A stretch of DNA of 64,000 nucleotides from an uncultured archaeon (GTDB lineage: Archaea; Thermoplasmatota; Thermoplasmata; Thermoplasmatales; Thermoplasmataceae): positions 380,457 to 444,456 of the forward strand of contig CP009479.1 in assembly GCA_000965745.1 (NCBI GenBank), read 5' to 3'. Position numbers and translations under genes: made by a program. Below the pieces are notes generated by a model. That model was not told where the DNA came from and did no database searches. It was given only the letters and a program-made list of their open reading frames with translations. Positions 26,147 to 34,461 of this stretch are shown in pieces (positions within the stretch are counted from its first letter, which is position 1; each line of letters starts with the position of its first letter).

Positions 26147-27376
26147 TTGGAGGAATGTATGTCTTGTGATTTTATTTCTGAATTTCAAGTAACTGGCGAC
26201 AAAGTAGTAAATCCAAGAGAAGGAATAACTTATGAATTCAAGGAGAATTTTAACTGGGGAGGCAAAGAGAAATATGCCAAGATCATGGCTTCTTTTGCTA
26301 ATTCCACAGGTGGTTACCTCCTATTTGGCGTAAAAGATGACGGGCATATCGAGGGTCTCTCTAACAACAACTTTGAAGACCGCGACCCGGCAAATATCAG
26401 TTCATTCTTGAATTCCTTGTTCACTCCTGCAATACGGTGGGGCAAGTTCGTATGTGAACTTGGAGGATACAAGATCGGAGTCATCAAAGTCGAAGAGGCA
26501 ATAGAAAAACCAATTATATCATATAGGAACGGCCAAGAGGTGAAGGAAGGAGACATTTTCTTTAGGTATGCAGCTCAAAGTGAAAGAATTAAGTTTTCTG
26601 AACTGAAGTCGATCATTGAAATTGGAAGAAGGGTGTACGGAGAGAAGCTCCTCAAGAGTCTAAGAATGATTGTCGAGAAAGGTCCTGAATCTGTAAAACT
26701 GCTTGACCTGAACGAGTTGAAAGATGCAAAGAAAGATGAGATTTACTTCCTAGATGATAACTTTCCCGATTCGGAAGTAAGGGTACACAGAGCCTCAGAA
26801 AGCGAACAAACAAAGGGAGTTGGCATAAAAATAGTCAATGTTGAAGGTAAGGCGATGCCAATTACAATTAGGGAATTTGCAAACATAAGTTCAGAACTTA
26901 TTGTGCACGCCTTTCTTGATCAAGAGCTCCCTGCAAAATTTGATCCAATGGGCTTTGTGGAACGTCTCGCTTTCGAAACTAGCGGTTTGGTGCCTATGTA
27001 TTTTTATATAAAAGAGGCCAACTTAACAAGAGATGAGGCAGTTGAGCTTATTAAAAAAACAAAGTCTACCACTAGAGGAAGAACTACTATCCTAAAACGA
27101 TTGAGTGGTAAGGAATACGACTTCAGATCTTCAACATACAGCAACACACTTGATGACTTAATTAATGGTTCCTTGAGCATAAGTGATCTGCAAACCTCAA
27201 ATGTCAGGACCGTCTTGCAATCTATACGGTCTTGTTCAAAAGGCTTCTTGGTGCAGAACTGGAATAGGCTGAAGGACATAATGCAATACCTATATGATGA
27301 GTATTATATGAACCCGAAATTCAGGTCTGAGGTTAGATGGGCAATGTGTTTCATAGACTTGACCTTATTTTCATAG
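26147..27376 (+). CDS. AlbA_2 / Schlafen-like DNA-binding domain protein with uncharacterised C-terminal half
   Basis: N-terminal EGITYEFKENF...YAKIMASFANSTGGYLLFGVKDDGHIEGL matches the AlbA_2 (divergent-AAA/Schlafen) consensus pattern. Confidence 0.75.
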   Translation: MEECMSCDFISEFQVTGDKVVNPREGITYEFKENFNWGGKEKYAKIMASFANSTGGYLLFGVKDDGHIEGLSNNNFEDRDPANISSFLNSLFTPAIRWGKFVCELGGYKIGVIKVEEAIEKPIISYRNGQEVKEGDIFFRYAAQSERIKFSELKSIIEIGRRVYGEKLLKSLRMIVEKGPESVKLLDLNELKDAKKDEIYFLDDNFPDSEVRVHRASESEQTKGVGIKIVNVEGKAMPITIREFANISSELIVHAFLDQELPAKFDPMGFVERLAFETSGLVPMYFYIKEANLTRDEAVELIKKTKSTTRGRTTILKRLSGKEYDFRSSTYSNTLDDLINGSLSISDLQTSNVRTVLQSIRSCSKGFLVQNWNRLKDIMQYLYDEYYMNPKFRSEVRWAMCFIDLTLFS

Positions 27377-27405
27377 TCCGCGTAAGTATTCGCTTAATAT
27401 TTTAA

Positions 27406-27426
27406 TCAAATCCCGACCGGTCCATT
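27406..27426 (+). repeat. attR1: exact 21-nt copy of the tRNA-Ala 3' end
   Basis: Identical to 9889..9909. Confidence 0.85.
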
Positions 27427-27432
27427 CGAACC

Positions 27433-27825
27433 CTACCTGAACAGCTTGAGACCCTTGTCAGTAAAAACTTCAAAGTGATTATATAAGGTATAGAGTGAGC
27501 ATCCGTTATTAATTGCTATTGACGCAACAATAGCGTCCATTCTTGGAACTGCCCCTCCTTTTCTTTCCGCGTCTAATTCTAAAACGGCAGATAGTTCACT
27601 GTCATTTTTACTGTATTCCAGAGTTGGAATCTGCAGGACTAGACGAGAATCTCTGGAGTATTTCTCTATACCGTACAGCACCTCATGCATGTTCACTGAA
27701 CTTGTGCAGTATTCTTCCCCGCTTTCGATGATTTTAAGCATGAGTTCCTGGCCTTTGTATGAGTCCTTATCCAGCACTTCGATGATGATATCCGTGTCCA
27801 GAAGAATCAATTTCTTTTCTCCCAT
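27433..27825 (-). CDS. vapC: PIN-domain toxin VapC
   Basis: LILLDTDIIIE (first acidic residue), HEVLYG, and MDAIVASIA, typical of PIN domains. Overlaps the vapB stop. Confidence 0.85.
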   Translation of the reverse strand: MGEKKLILLDTDIIIEVLDKDSYKGQELMLKIIESGEEYCTSSVNMHEVLYGIEKYSRDSRLVLQIPTLEYSKNDSELSAVLELDAERKGGAVPRMDAIVASIAINNGCSLYTLYNHFEVFTDKGLKLFR

Positions 27826-28019
27826 CGTTTCTTTTCTATATCCATGAGGAGCTCCTTCTTATTTTCAAATTCCACGCTTCCCCGTAGAGACAAAAGTAGA
27901 TCCTTCTTGCTCTGTGATTTAATAAGCCTGTCCAGAAGTTCACTGAAACTTTCATTCTCCTTCTTGAATCCCATCAGTTCATCATATACAGATTTCTTAA
28001 TGGTGATAGTTTTAGGCAT
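27807..28019 (-). CDS. vapB: VapB-type antitoxin (archaeal COG1753-like)
   Basis: MPKTITIKKSVYDELMGFKKENESFSELLDRLI matches the common archaeal VapB pattern. Lies upstream of vapC and overlaps it. Confidence 0.75.
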   Translation of the reverse strand: MPKTITIKKSVYDELMGFKKENESFSELLDRLIKSQSKKDLLLSLRGSVEFENKKELLMDIEKKRWEKRN

Positions 28020-28040
28020 AACATATGTTTATGTTTAACA

Positions 28041-28051
28041 CTATTTATACC
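28041..28051 (-). promoter_or_regulatory. Candidate TATA box for vapBC
   Basis: Reverse strand reads ggtataaatag, 22-32 nt upstream of ATG 28019. Confidence 0.35.
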
Positions 28052-28116
28052 TTCATACATCTACCAGTAAAGGCGCTGGAACGTGTCTTCTATAAAGTAT
28101 TCGCTTAATATTTTAA

Positions 28117-28136
28117 TCAAATCCCGACCAGTCCAC
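28117..28136 (+). repeat. attR2: 18/20 copy of the tRNA-Ala 3' end
   Basis: tcaaatcccgaccAgtccaC compared with the tRNA sequence. Confidence 0.7.
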
Positions 28137-28240
28137 TTCAAGTTTACCGGGATATGCGAACAACTTTCAAGATTTACCCCCACCCTTGATTGTCTGCAGA
28201 AGCTCCATGCGGGATCACTTCAGCACCGGATCCAGTTCAA

Positions 28241-29695
28241 TCAATTTTCTGGTTTCTTCAATTTCTTGAAAAGCTCATGTTCTATATCCGAAAGATTCAT
28301 GAAGATTACATTTCCAGCCAGCCCATGCATGGCTCCCTTGAATCCACTTTTTGAAAATACAGCATATGTATAATTTTTCCCGGGGTATTGCTTTCTCAGT
28401 GATTCTGATTTTGTCTTTAAAGCTTCAACCACATTTATCGGTACGGGACTGTTTGTCCACTTGCATTCTGCGAAAAACAATTCTCCACGTTTTTCGGAGT
28501 GTGCGACGATATCGATCTCCTCCACACCCCTGCCCTTTTTTCCGGACCCGTTTCTGCCCCACCACCTGGAAACAGTGTCAAACGATCTGCCTAATATCCC
28601 TTCCAATATTAGTTCCTTCATGAGGTTCTCAAACTGCTCACCCGCAAATGTGGGAAAATCTGTCTTTATGCTCTCAAGTACGCCTCCGTTGCGGGAACTC
28701 TCGATTTCACTCTTATGCGGCAATACATACCTGAACCAGAACTTCAGGTACTGGTCGGATATCCAGTACAATTTTCTCTTGAATTTCTCATGAGCCCCGA
28801 ATGGCTTTTCAGGTATTACAAGGCCAAGTGACATGAGGACATCGAGATACTTGGATACCATACTCTTGTCCAGCCCGGAATAGTAACATATCTCTCCCAA
28901 TGTATGATTTCCGTAAGAAATAGATCTGAGAATCAGCATGTAGTTCCTCGGTTCCCTGAATTCAGTTCTAAGGAGAAATTCTGCCTCCTCATAGAGTGCA
29001 GAACCTTTTGAAAGCAGGTTCTTTGACACATTTCCCCAAAATCCAACAGAAGGATCAAGTTTCAGAAGATATTCTGGTATGCCGCCAAATACAAAGTATG
29101 TATTGCATAAATCTTCAAATCCATAATCCACAAATTCAGCCAAATATCTGAACTTCAAAGGTTTCAGCTGCAGTTGGCCGGTTCTTCTGCCGTAAAGAGG
29201 ACTTCTACAGGAAAGTACTTCATTTTCCATTATGCTGATTGATGAGCCTGAAAGAATCAACATTACATTCATCTGCCTCAGAATCGTGTCGTATATTTTT
29301 TGAAACACCGATGAGATTGCCCTGTTAGCCTCTATTAGATATGGAAATTCATCAATGGCAATTATGACCTTTGATTTGCTTGCTTTCGCACGAAATGAGC
29401 TACTTGAAGCCAGAACAGAGAAAAGAGAGTGCCAATCATCAAAACTTGCCTTGATAATACTGTCATCTTCCAGAAACCTTGATACACTCGCCTTGAAGTT
29501 GTTTATGTTTTCTTTGTCTCCTTCTGCTGTTGCAAGAAAATAGACTCCCCTGTTGCCAATGAACCTACTGATTAATTCAGTCTTTCCAACCCTTCTTCTC
29601 CCATAAAGGATGAACAGCGAAGCTTCCTTGGATGAGTAAGCATTCTCAAGGATTTCTAGTTCCTCAACTCTGTTGACAAACTTTTGTTGATACAT
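28241..29695 (-). CDS. Archaeal ATPase family protein (Arch_ATPase + DUF234-like)
   Basis: FVNRVEELEILENAY...LFILYGRRRVGKTELI (Walker A), IIAIDEFPYL (Walker B), and a C-terminal EIDIVA...FAECKW nuclease-like DUF234 pattern. Confidence 0.8.
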   Translation of the reverse strand: MYQQKFVNRVEELEILENAYSSKEASLFILYGRRRVGKTELISRFIGNRGVYFLATAEGDKENINNFKASVSRFLEDDSIIKASFDDWHSLFSVLASSSSFRAKASKSKVIIAIDEFPYLIEANRAISSVFQKIYDTILRQMNVMLILSGSSISIMENEVLSCRSPLYGRRTGQLQLKPLKFRYLAEFVDYGFEDLCNTYFVFGGIPEYLLKLDPSVGFWGNVSKNLLSKGSALYEEAEFLLRTEFREPRNYMLILRSISYGNHTLGEICYYSGLDKSMVSKYLDVLMSLGLVIPEKPFGAHEKFKRKLYWISDQYLKFWFRYVLPHKSEIESSRNGGVLESIKTDFPTFAGEQFENLMKELILEGILGRSFDTVSRWWGRNGSGKKGRGVEEIDIVAHSEKRGELFFAECKWTNSPVPINVVEALKTKSESLRKQYPGKNYTYAVFSKSGFKGAMHGLAGNVIFMNLSDIEHELFKKLKKPEN

Positions 29696-29807
29696 AAGTA
29701 TTATACTTTATTCACAACAAGTACATTAACCTGTCCGGACTAAACGTATTAAACTGAATAACCTTGGAGTCTTCCTTTAAAACAATAATAATTTATCAGG
29801 ATGCCGT

Positions 29808-30050
29808 TCATTCAAGCTCGAGTCTTCTCTTCAGCTCTTCGAGTGAGATAAGTCTACCCTCCACTACATCCAAGGAACTCTCGAGGAAAGATGCTTTGAA
29901 TTCATCAGTGTATCTACCTTCATCGTCACCCTCAGGGATCAGACTCAATAATGCCCTTATCAATTTGTCATAAGAAATGCCACCGGCTTTCTTTAGTGCT
30001 TCCAATCTCAATTTAGTGGATTCTTTTACGTGGATTGTGGAATTATTCAT
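29808..30050 (-). CDS. Orphan RHH/antitoxin-like protein
   Basis: N-terminal IHVKESTKLRLEALKK..ISYDKLIRALL (RHH-like). C-terminal GRLISLEELKRRLELE tail, as seen in antitoxins. No adjacent toxin. Confidence 0.45.
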   Translation of the reverse strand: MNNSTIHVKESTKLRLEALKKAGGISYDKLIRALLSLIPEGDDEGRYTDEFKASFLESSLDVVEGRLISLEELKRRLELE

Positions 30051-30158
30051 TCTTTCCTATGATTAAGGAGAGCAACAATTTAAATGGTATCTTCAAGCGG
30101 AATGGGCGACGCGAGCATGAACTCATTTGTTAATTCCGGTATTCACTAAAAACACTAA

Positions 30159-30178
30159 TCGAATCCCGGCCGGTCAAT
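30159..30178 (+). repeat. attR3: degenerate (17/20) copy of the tRNA-Ala 3' end
   Basis: tcGaatcccgGccggtcAat compared with tcaaatcccgaccggtccat. No tRNA body lies upstream. Confidence 0.5.
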
Positions 30179-30448
30179 GATATCTCACGGTCATAATTTT
30201 CAACAGAAAACCTCCAATCAATAGATTTCAACTTCTGTCCATCGCCCATAAACCCTTGATAGAAACAAACTGGAAAAGAGTGCCAATGAAATGGTCAATT
30301 CCTAATTCTGCCCTCCAGTTGTTTAATTCAGCTTATGGTTTATCTCAAGTCCGTGGTGTAGCAGCCTCTAGATATGCGAATATGAACAAAGTTATTGGTA
30401 TAACAATATGGATGCGTGCTAAGTAATCTCAATTCAAGAGTGAACAAC

Positions 30449-33400
30449 ATGAGTGATTCAGGAGACAATAAAAAAACAACCGGTGACCCACAAATAGGGA
30501 GCATCCGGGCAAACACTAAAACTTCAACCAAGTGGATTGCAGTTGTAATAGCCCTTCTCGCAATAATAGGAGTCCTGGGTGGGGTGCTTGCAACACACTA
30601 TTCCGCGGCCCAGACAGCCGGAGGGATCAACGCAATACTTTCAAGCAAGATTGGAGCAATAGATCAGAATGGAACCTATACGACGAGCATTACAGCGTCA
30701 AGCACTTTCAAGAACATGACAGTCTACTTCGGTGATGGTTCCAGCCAGCTCTTAAATTATAACGGGAACAATACTGTGAAAATCAGCCATAGGTATACTA
30801 ATCCCGGTGAATACTATATTTTTGCCGATATCAACTATGGCTCAACCAGCAGTTATTACATAGAGCCCGTCAAGGTTACACCACAGTACCCGAACACAAA
30901 ATATGCCTACAGATCCATGTCTGTGGATCCCCTGTCTTCATCACCGCAGTTGGTAAACAACCTGTCCAACATATTCAGCCCTGGTTCGCACATGACGCTC
31001 AACTTCGTCCCCCCTGTCGGAGGAGGCAGCGACCAGATAGTGCAGCAGACGCTGTCTATGTCCAACGGAACAGGGATGGTTTCGAGCCAGAACATACCTT
31101 ACTTCTACAACCTGAACAATAAGGAATATGAGATTCCAGTTCAGACGGAGGCTTATGGAGGTCTGCAGTCCGGCCTTTATGTTCTTGAGATCAACACCAC
31201 CACAGCTCCGGTAAACTTCACACAGATGATAACTGCCAAGGTCTCAAGCACATCGATCATGAATTTCACGGCCAATCAGCAGTACATTTCTGCCTCTGCA
31301 ACGTCGCTTGTCCACAACCTTTCAGCGTTGCAGTTTGACAGGACAAACATAACCTACAGTGCCAATACGACAGTTAATTACACAAACCCTGCAGCTCTGT
31401 TTCTCTGGGATTCAGCGAATATCACCCTGAATAACGGATCAGTTACTTACGGGACAAAAACGGTAACGTCAGGAACGTTTAAGGTGAATGCATCCACAGA
31501 GCTCTCCCTCTCCAGGCAGACTAACGTTACGTTCAACAACATGGCATCTGCAGAATTGAATGATACCAGCACTGTTTCAGTTTTCACCGGTGCAGCATCA
31601 GGCATAACAACGGACAATGCCACCCAGATAAAATTCCTTGCCAATGCGCATAACGTTTCAGTGACATCAACATTGACCGGGGCCAGCACTGTTCCACTCA
31701 ACAACGGAGAATACAACCGTTCCGCAACAGTCACAACATCCTATTTCATAGATTTCCCGGTTGTCGGACAGGTACAGCAGCAGACTGGGGCATCCACAAG
31801 CTTCACCAACGCCGAGCCAAACCTGCCAGGCGGATATACGACGCTTGATCCGGCAACAGCATATTACCAGGCAGACACAGAAATACTTTCCAGCGTCCTG
31901 ATGACGCTTGTAACGTATAACGGGTCTTCAACAAGCAATTTTGAGCCGCTCGTTGCAAAACAGCTGCCTTCTTTCAAGAACGGCGAAATAAACAGCAACT
32001 ACACGAACAAGACTGTAACCACTCCATGGGGTTCAAAATATCAGTACAACGTCACCCCGGGCGAGAATTACACCTTTGTTGTAAACCAGAAGATCAAGTT
32101 CGCAAACGGGAATCCGGTTACAGCGTGGGATATCATGTACTCCCTGACAAGGACACTTCTCTTCGCGGGTGGATCTCCGGGAACTTCCGGATGGATCCTC
32201 GGGCAGTACATCCTTCCAGGGCATTACTTCAAGACAAACACTTTCTACAACATTACCACTAACATGACCGTAGACAACAACACAAACTCCATCACATTCC
32301 ACTTCCAACAGCCAATGAACCCGAGTTTCGCGTTCCAGATCTTTTCGTCGGTCGGTACCTGGATCGAGGATTCCGGCTGGTACATAAAGCATGGGGCGGG
32401 GATAACATGGAGCAAACAGGGATTCCAGGACTACAAGAAATATGGGGATCTCAGCAACTACAACTCCTATGTCCAGAACCACGTGATGCCTGACGGCCCC
32501 TACAGAGTCTCATATATTGTGCCTGGGACTCAGGTTACACTTGCAGCAAACCCGGATTTCGTTTCACCCGGACCATGGTATCCTGCAGCGAAGATCAATA
32601 CGGTCAACATACTATACCCCCACACCAATCAGCAAGCTTACCTGCTTCTGAAATCGGGGCAGGCTCAGAACGCATTTCTTCCGACGACATACTGGAACCA
32701 GACCAGGGCACTTGCAAACAGCGGAACTATCAGTGTGTATGGGTTCCCCACTCTGTCAATCAATTTCTACAACTTCAACCTGAAAATCAATGCTACGATA
32801 CTGCATTCCCTGGACCAGTCGTCAAATGTGCCGTCATACTTCTTCGTCAACCCGAACGTCAGGAAGGCCTTCGCATACGCATTCAACTATTCCCTTTACT
32901 TCGGAAGGCAGGTTGGAAATGAGGTTTACAATACAACCTTCTTCTCGCCCTATGTAGGAATGCTTCCGTCTGGAATGCTCTACAACCAGACTGCACAGGG
33001 CCTGGCGGACGCGGGAAGCGGTGTTGTCAATGCTAACGGCCACGAGCCTTTCCAGCTTCAGCAGGCAAGAAAATACCTGAACTACTTCTTCAATGGCACA
33101 ACAAGCTCATCCAACCACGACACAGCAGGCACAATGAACGTGAAATTCCAGGGAGGAAAGGTTCTGTATAACGGCAACCCGCTTGTGATTCCAATAATAG
33201 TTCCTGCCAACGATCCCACAAGCACCGCAGCAGTAACAACATGGGGTGCGGACCTGAAGCAGATTCTACCCGGCGCATCTTTCCCTATTGTCCCGCTGCC
33301 GCTGACCCAGCTGTTCGGGGCATACTCGGTGCAGGGGCAGAACCCGATGCCAGTAAGCTGGGGCGCCTGGAACCCTGACTACCCCTTCCCCACAGACTAT

Positions 33401-33775
33401 CTGCTGCCAATGGCAATGCCAATAAACGGATCCTTCTACATGGGAGCTGCAGATTACACGCCATACAATGTGGAAAACACCAGTCACAATGCCTACAACC
33501 TGTCTGAAGCAAGCTTCATGAACCAGGAAATCAGTGCATTGAACAATGCGACAAGCAATGTGACAAATCAGACACTTTCGGAGTACTGGTTCCATGTTAC
33601 GAACGGAATGGTCGTAAACAGCACAAATGAGGTATACGCCGGACAGACACACAGATACCTAACCATCAGCGCAGGCATAAACGGAAACGACATTACAGCG
33701 TACCAGCAGAACGTGATGTTCGGAGGCAAAGGCATATTGCTCTACAACCTTATCGGGTACAACACAACAGCGTGA
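30449..33775 (+). CDS. Large N-anchored surface protein: TM anchor + PKD-like domain + T/S/N-rich region + family-5 solute-binding (Opp/Dpp-type) domain; paralog 1
   Basis: TM segment WIAVVIALLAIIGVLGGVLA. PKD motif VYFGDGSS...HRYTNPGEYYIF. Long SBP_5-like C-terminal region. About 40 N-x-S/T sequons by eye. GTG 30416 is an alternative start. Confidence 0.75.
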   Translation: MSDSGDNKKTTGDPQIGSIRANTKTSTKWIAVVIALLAIIGVLGGVLATHYSAAQTAGGINAILSSKIGAIDQNGTYTTSITASSTFKNMTVYFGDGSSQLLNYNGNNTVKISHRYTNPGEYYIFADINYGSTSSYYIEPVKVTPQYPNTKYAYRSMSVDPLSSSPQLVNNLSNIFSPGSHMTLNFVPPVGGGSDQIVQQTLSMSNGTGMVSSQNIPYFYNLNNKEYEIPVQTEAYGGLQSGLYVLEINTTTAPVNFTQMITAKVSSTSIMNFTANQQYISASATSLVHNLSALQFDRTNITYSANTTVNYTNPAALFLWDSANITLNNGSVTYGTKTVTSGTFKVNASTELSLSRQTNVTFNNMASAELNDTSTVSVFTGAASGITTDNATQIKFLANAHNVSVTSTLTGASTVPLNNGEYNRSATVTTSYFIDFPVVGQVQQQTGASTSFTNAEPNLPGGYTTLDPATAYYQADTEILSSVLMTLVTYNGSSTSNFEPLVAKQLPSFKNGEINSNYTNKTVTTPWGSKYQYNVTPGENYTFVVNQKIKFANGNPVTAWDIMYSLTRTLLFAGGSPGTSGWILGQYILPGHYFKTNTFYNITTNMTVDNNTNSITFHFQQPMNPSFAFQIFSSVGTWIEDSGWYIKHGAGITWSKQGFQDYKKYGDLSNYNSYVQNHVMPDGPYRVSYIVPGTQVTLAANPDFVSPGPWYPAAKINTVNILYPHTNQQAYLLLKSGQAQNAFLPTTYWNQTRALANSGTISVYGFPTLSINFYNFNLKINATILHSLDQSSNVPSYFFVNPNVRKAFAYAFNYSLYFGRQVGNEVYNTTFFSPYVGMLPSGMLYNQTAQGLADAGSGVVNANGHEPFQLQQARKYLNYFFNGTTSSSNHDTAGTMNVKFQGGKVLYNGNPLVIPIIVPANDPTSTAAVTTWGADLKQILPGASFPIVPLPLTQLFGAYSVQGQNPMPVSWGAWNPDYPFPTDYLLPMAMPINGSFYMGAADYTPYNVENTSHNAYNLSEASFMNQEISALNNATSNVTNQTLSEYWFHVTNGMVVNSTNEVYAGQTHRYLTISAGINGNDITAYQQNVMFGGKGILLYNLIGYNTTA

Positions 33776-33795
33776 GCTTCGGTTCACGCCGAATA

Positions 33796-33830
33796 ATTTT
33801 TTATTCTTTTTCTCTTTATTTTGACTGGAA
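33796..33830 (+). terminator. T-rich terminator candidate after paralog 1
   Basis: A short stem (cgtga...tcacg) is followed by the runs tttttt and cttttt. Confidence 0.35.
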
Positions 33831-33919
33831 GAACATTGTTATACTACTGCAGGAGATCAGGCATTGAGGTTTGTTCAGGGCTTGCCGTTGAAAGTGATGC
33901 GTGAGGTGTGGAAATAAAC

Positions 33920-34354
33920 ATGACAGTAACCGTGCGTTCAGAAGTGAGAATATGGCCAAATGCCAGCAAGATAGACGACTGCACCCAGAATTACCTTACC
34001 ATTCCAAAGAAGCTTATATCTGACACATACAACCCTGGTCCGGGTTCAATAGTAACAGGGAAGATAGTAGCCGTTTCAATAGAAACAGATGAAGACATAG
34101 TTGGTGGCGGCGAATTCTCAAGTGTTATAAGGGATATCCCGGCCAGTACGAGGATAGTACTCGGGCAGGGCGACTATGATTACCTTTTTATATTCACAAA
34201 GGACTGGAAAAAGATTTCCAAAAAATTCACTGTTCCAGGGAGAAAATTCCTGACCTACTCCATTGACTCGATCCAGAACGGAAGGAAAAAAGAGAGGATC
34301 TACCACGGAAATACGGTATACTGGGAAGAGAAGGACGGTACAACCCTGGAATGA
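33920..34354 (+). CDS. Hypothetical protein
   Basis: ORF of about 144 aa with no recognisable motif. Sits upstream of the AAA ATPase gene. Confidence 0.4.
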   Translation: MTVTVRSEVRIWPNASKIDDCTQNYLTIPKKLISDTYNPGPGSIVTGKIVAVSIETDEDIVGGGEFSSVIRDIPASTRIVLGQGDYDYLFIFTKDWKKISKKFTVPGRKFLTYSIDSIQNGRKKERIYHGNTVYWEEKDGTTLE

Positions 34355-34461
34355 GAAGGCAGGTTCAATGATGACTGATCGTGCGATACGAATAAATCTG
34401 ACCAACATATATTACATCCGGACGTGGATATTTGCCGGACGGATATGACAGGAGCAACAGG

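Larger units (their letters stand above)
9910..27426. mobile_element. Integrated plasmid-like element (~17.5 kb) at tRNA-Ala
   Basis: Flanked by 21-nt exact direct repeats. The integrase is the first gene after the tRNA. It carries its own orc1/cdc6, parA, serine recombinase, R-M and other accessory genes. Confidence 0.8.
27427..28136. mobile_element. Remnant unit 2: VapBC cassette between attR1 and attR2
   Basis: Bounded by 41-nt repeats (27384-27424 / 28095-28135, 1 mismatch) that include the att core. Confidence 0.6.
28137..30178. mobile_element. Remnant unit 3: ATPase + RHH protein, ending at a degenerate att copy
   Basis: Lies between attR2 and a 17/20 att-like sequence. Gene content is typical of archaeal accessory DNA. 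Confidence 0.45.

Noticed and set aside
30159-30178. Pseudo-tRNA or second tRNA gene at the distal end of the island
   Set aside because: Only the T-arm/acceptor 3' half is present (17/20 to tRNA-Ala). The upstream sequence has no D or anticodon arms. I interpret it as a decayed att site.
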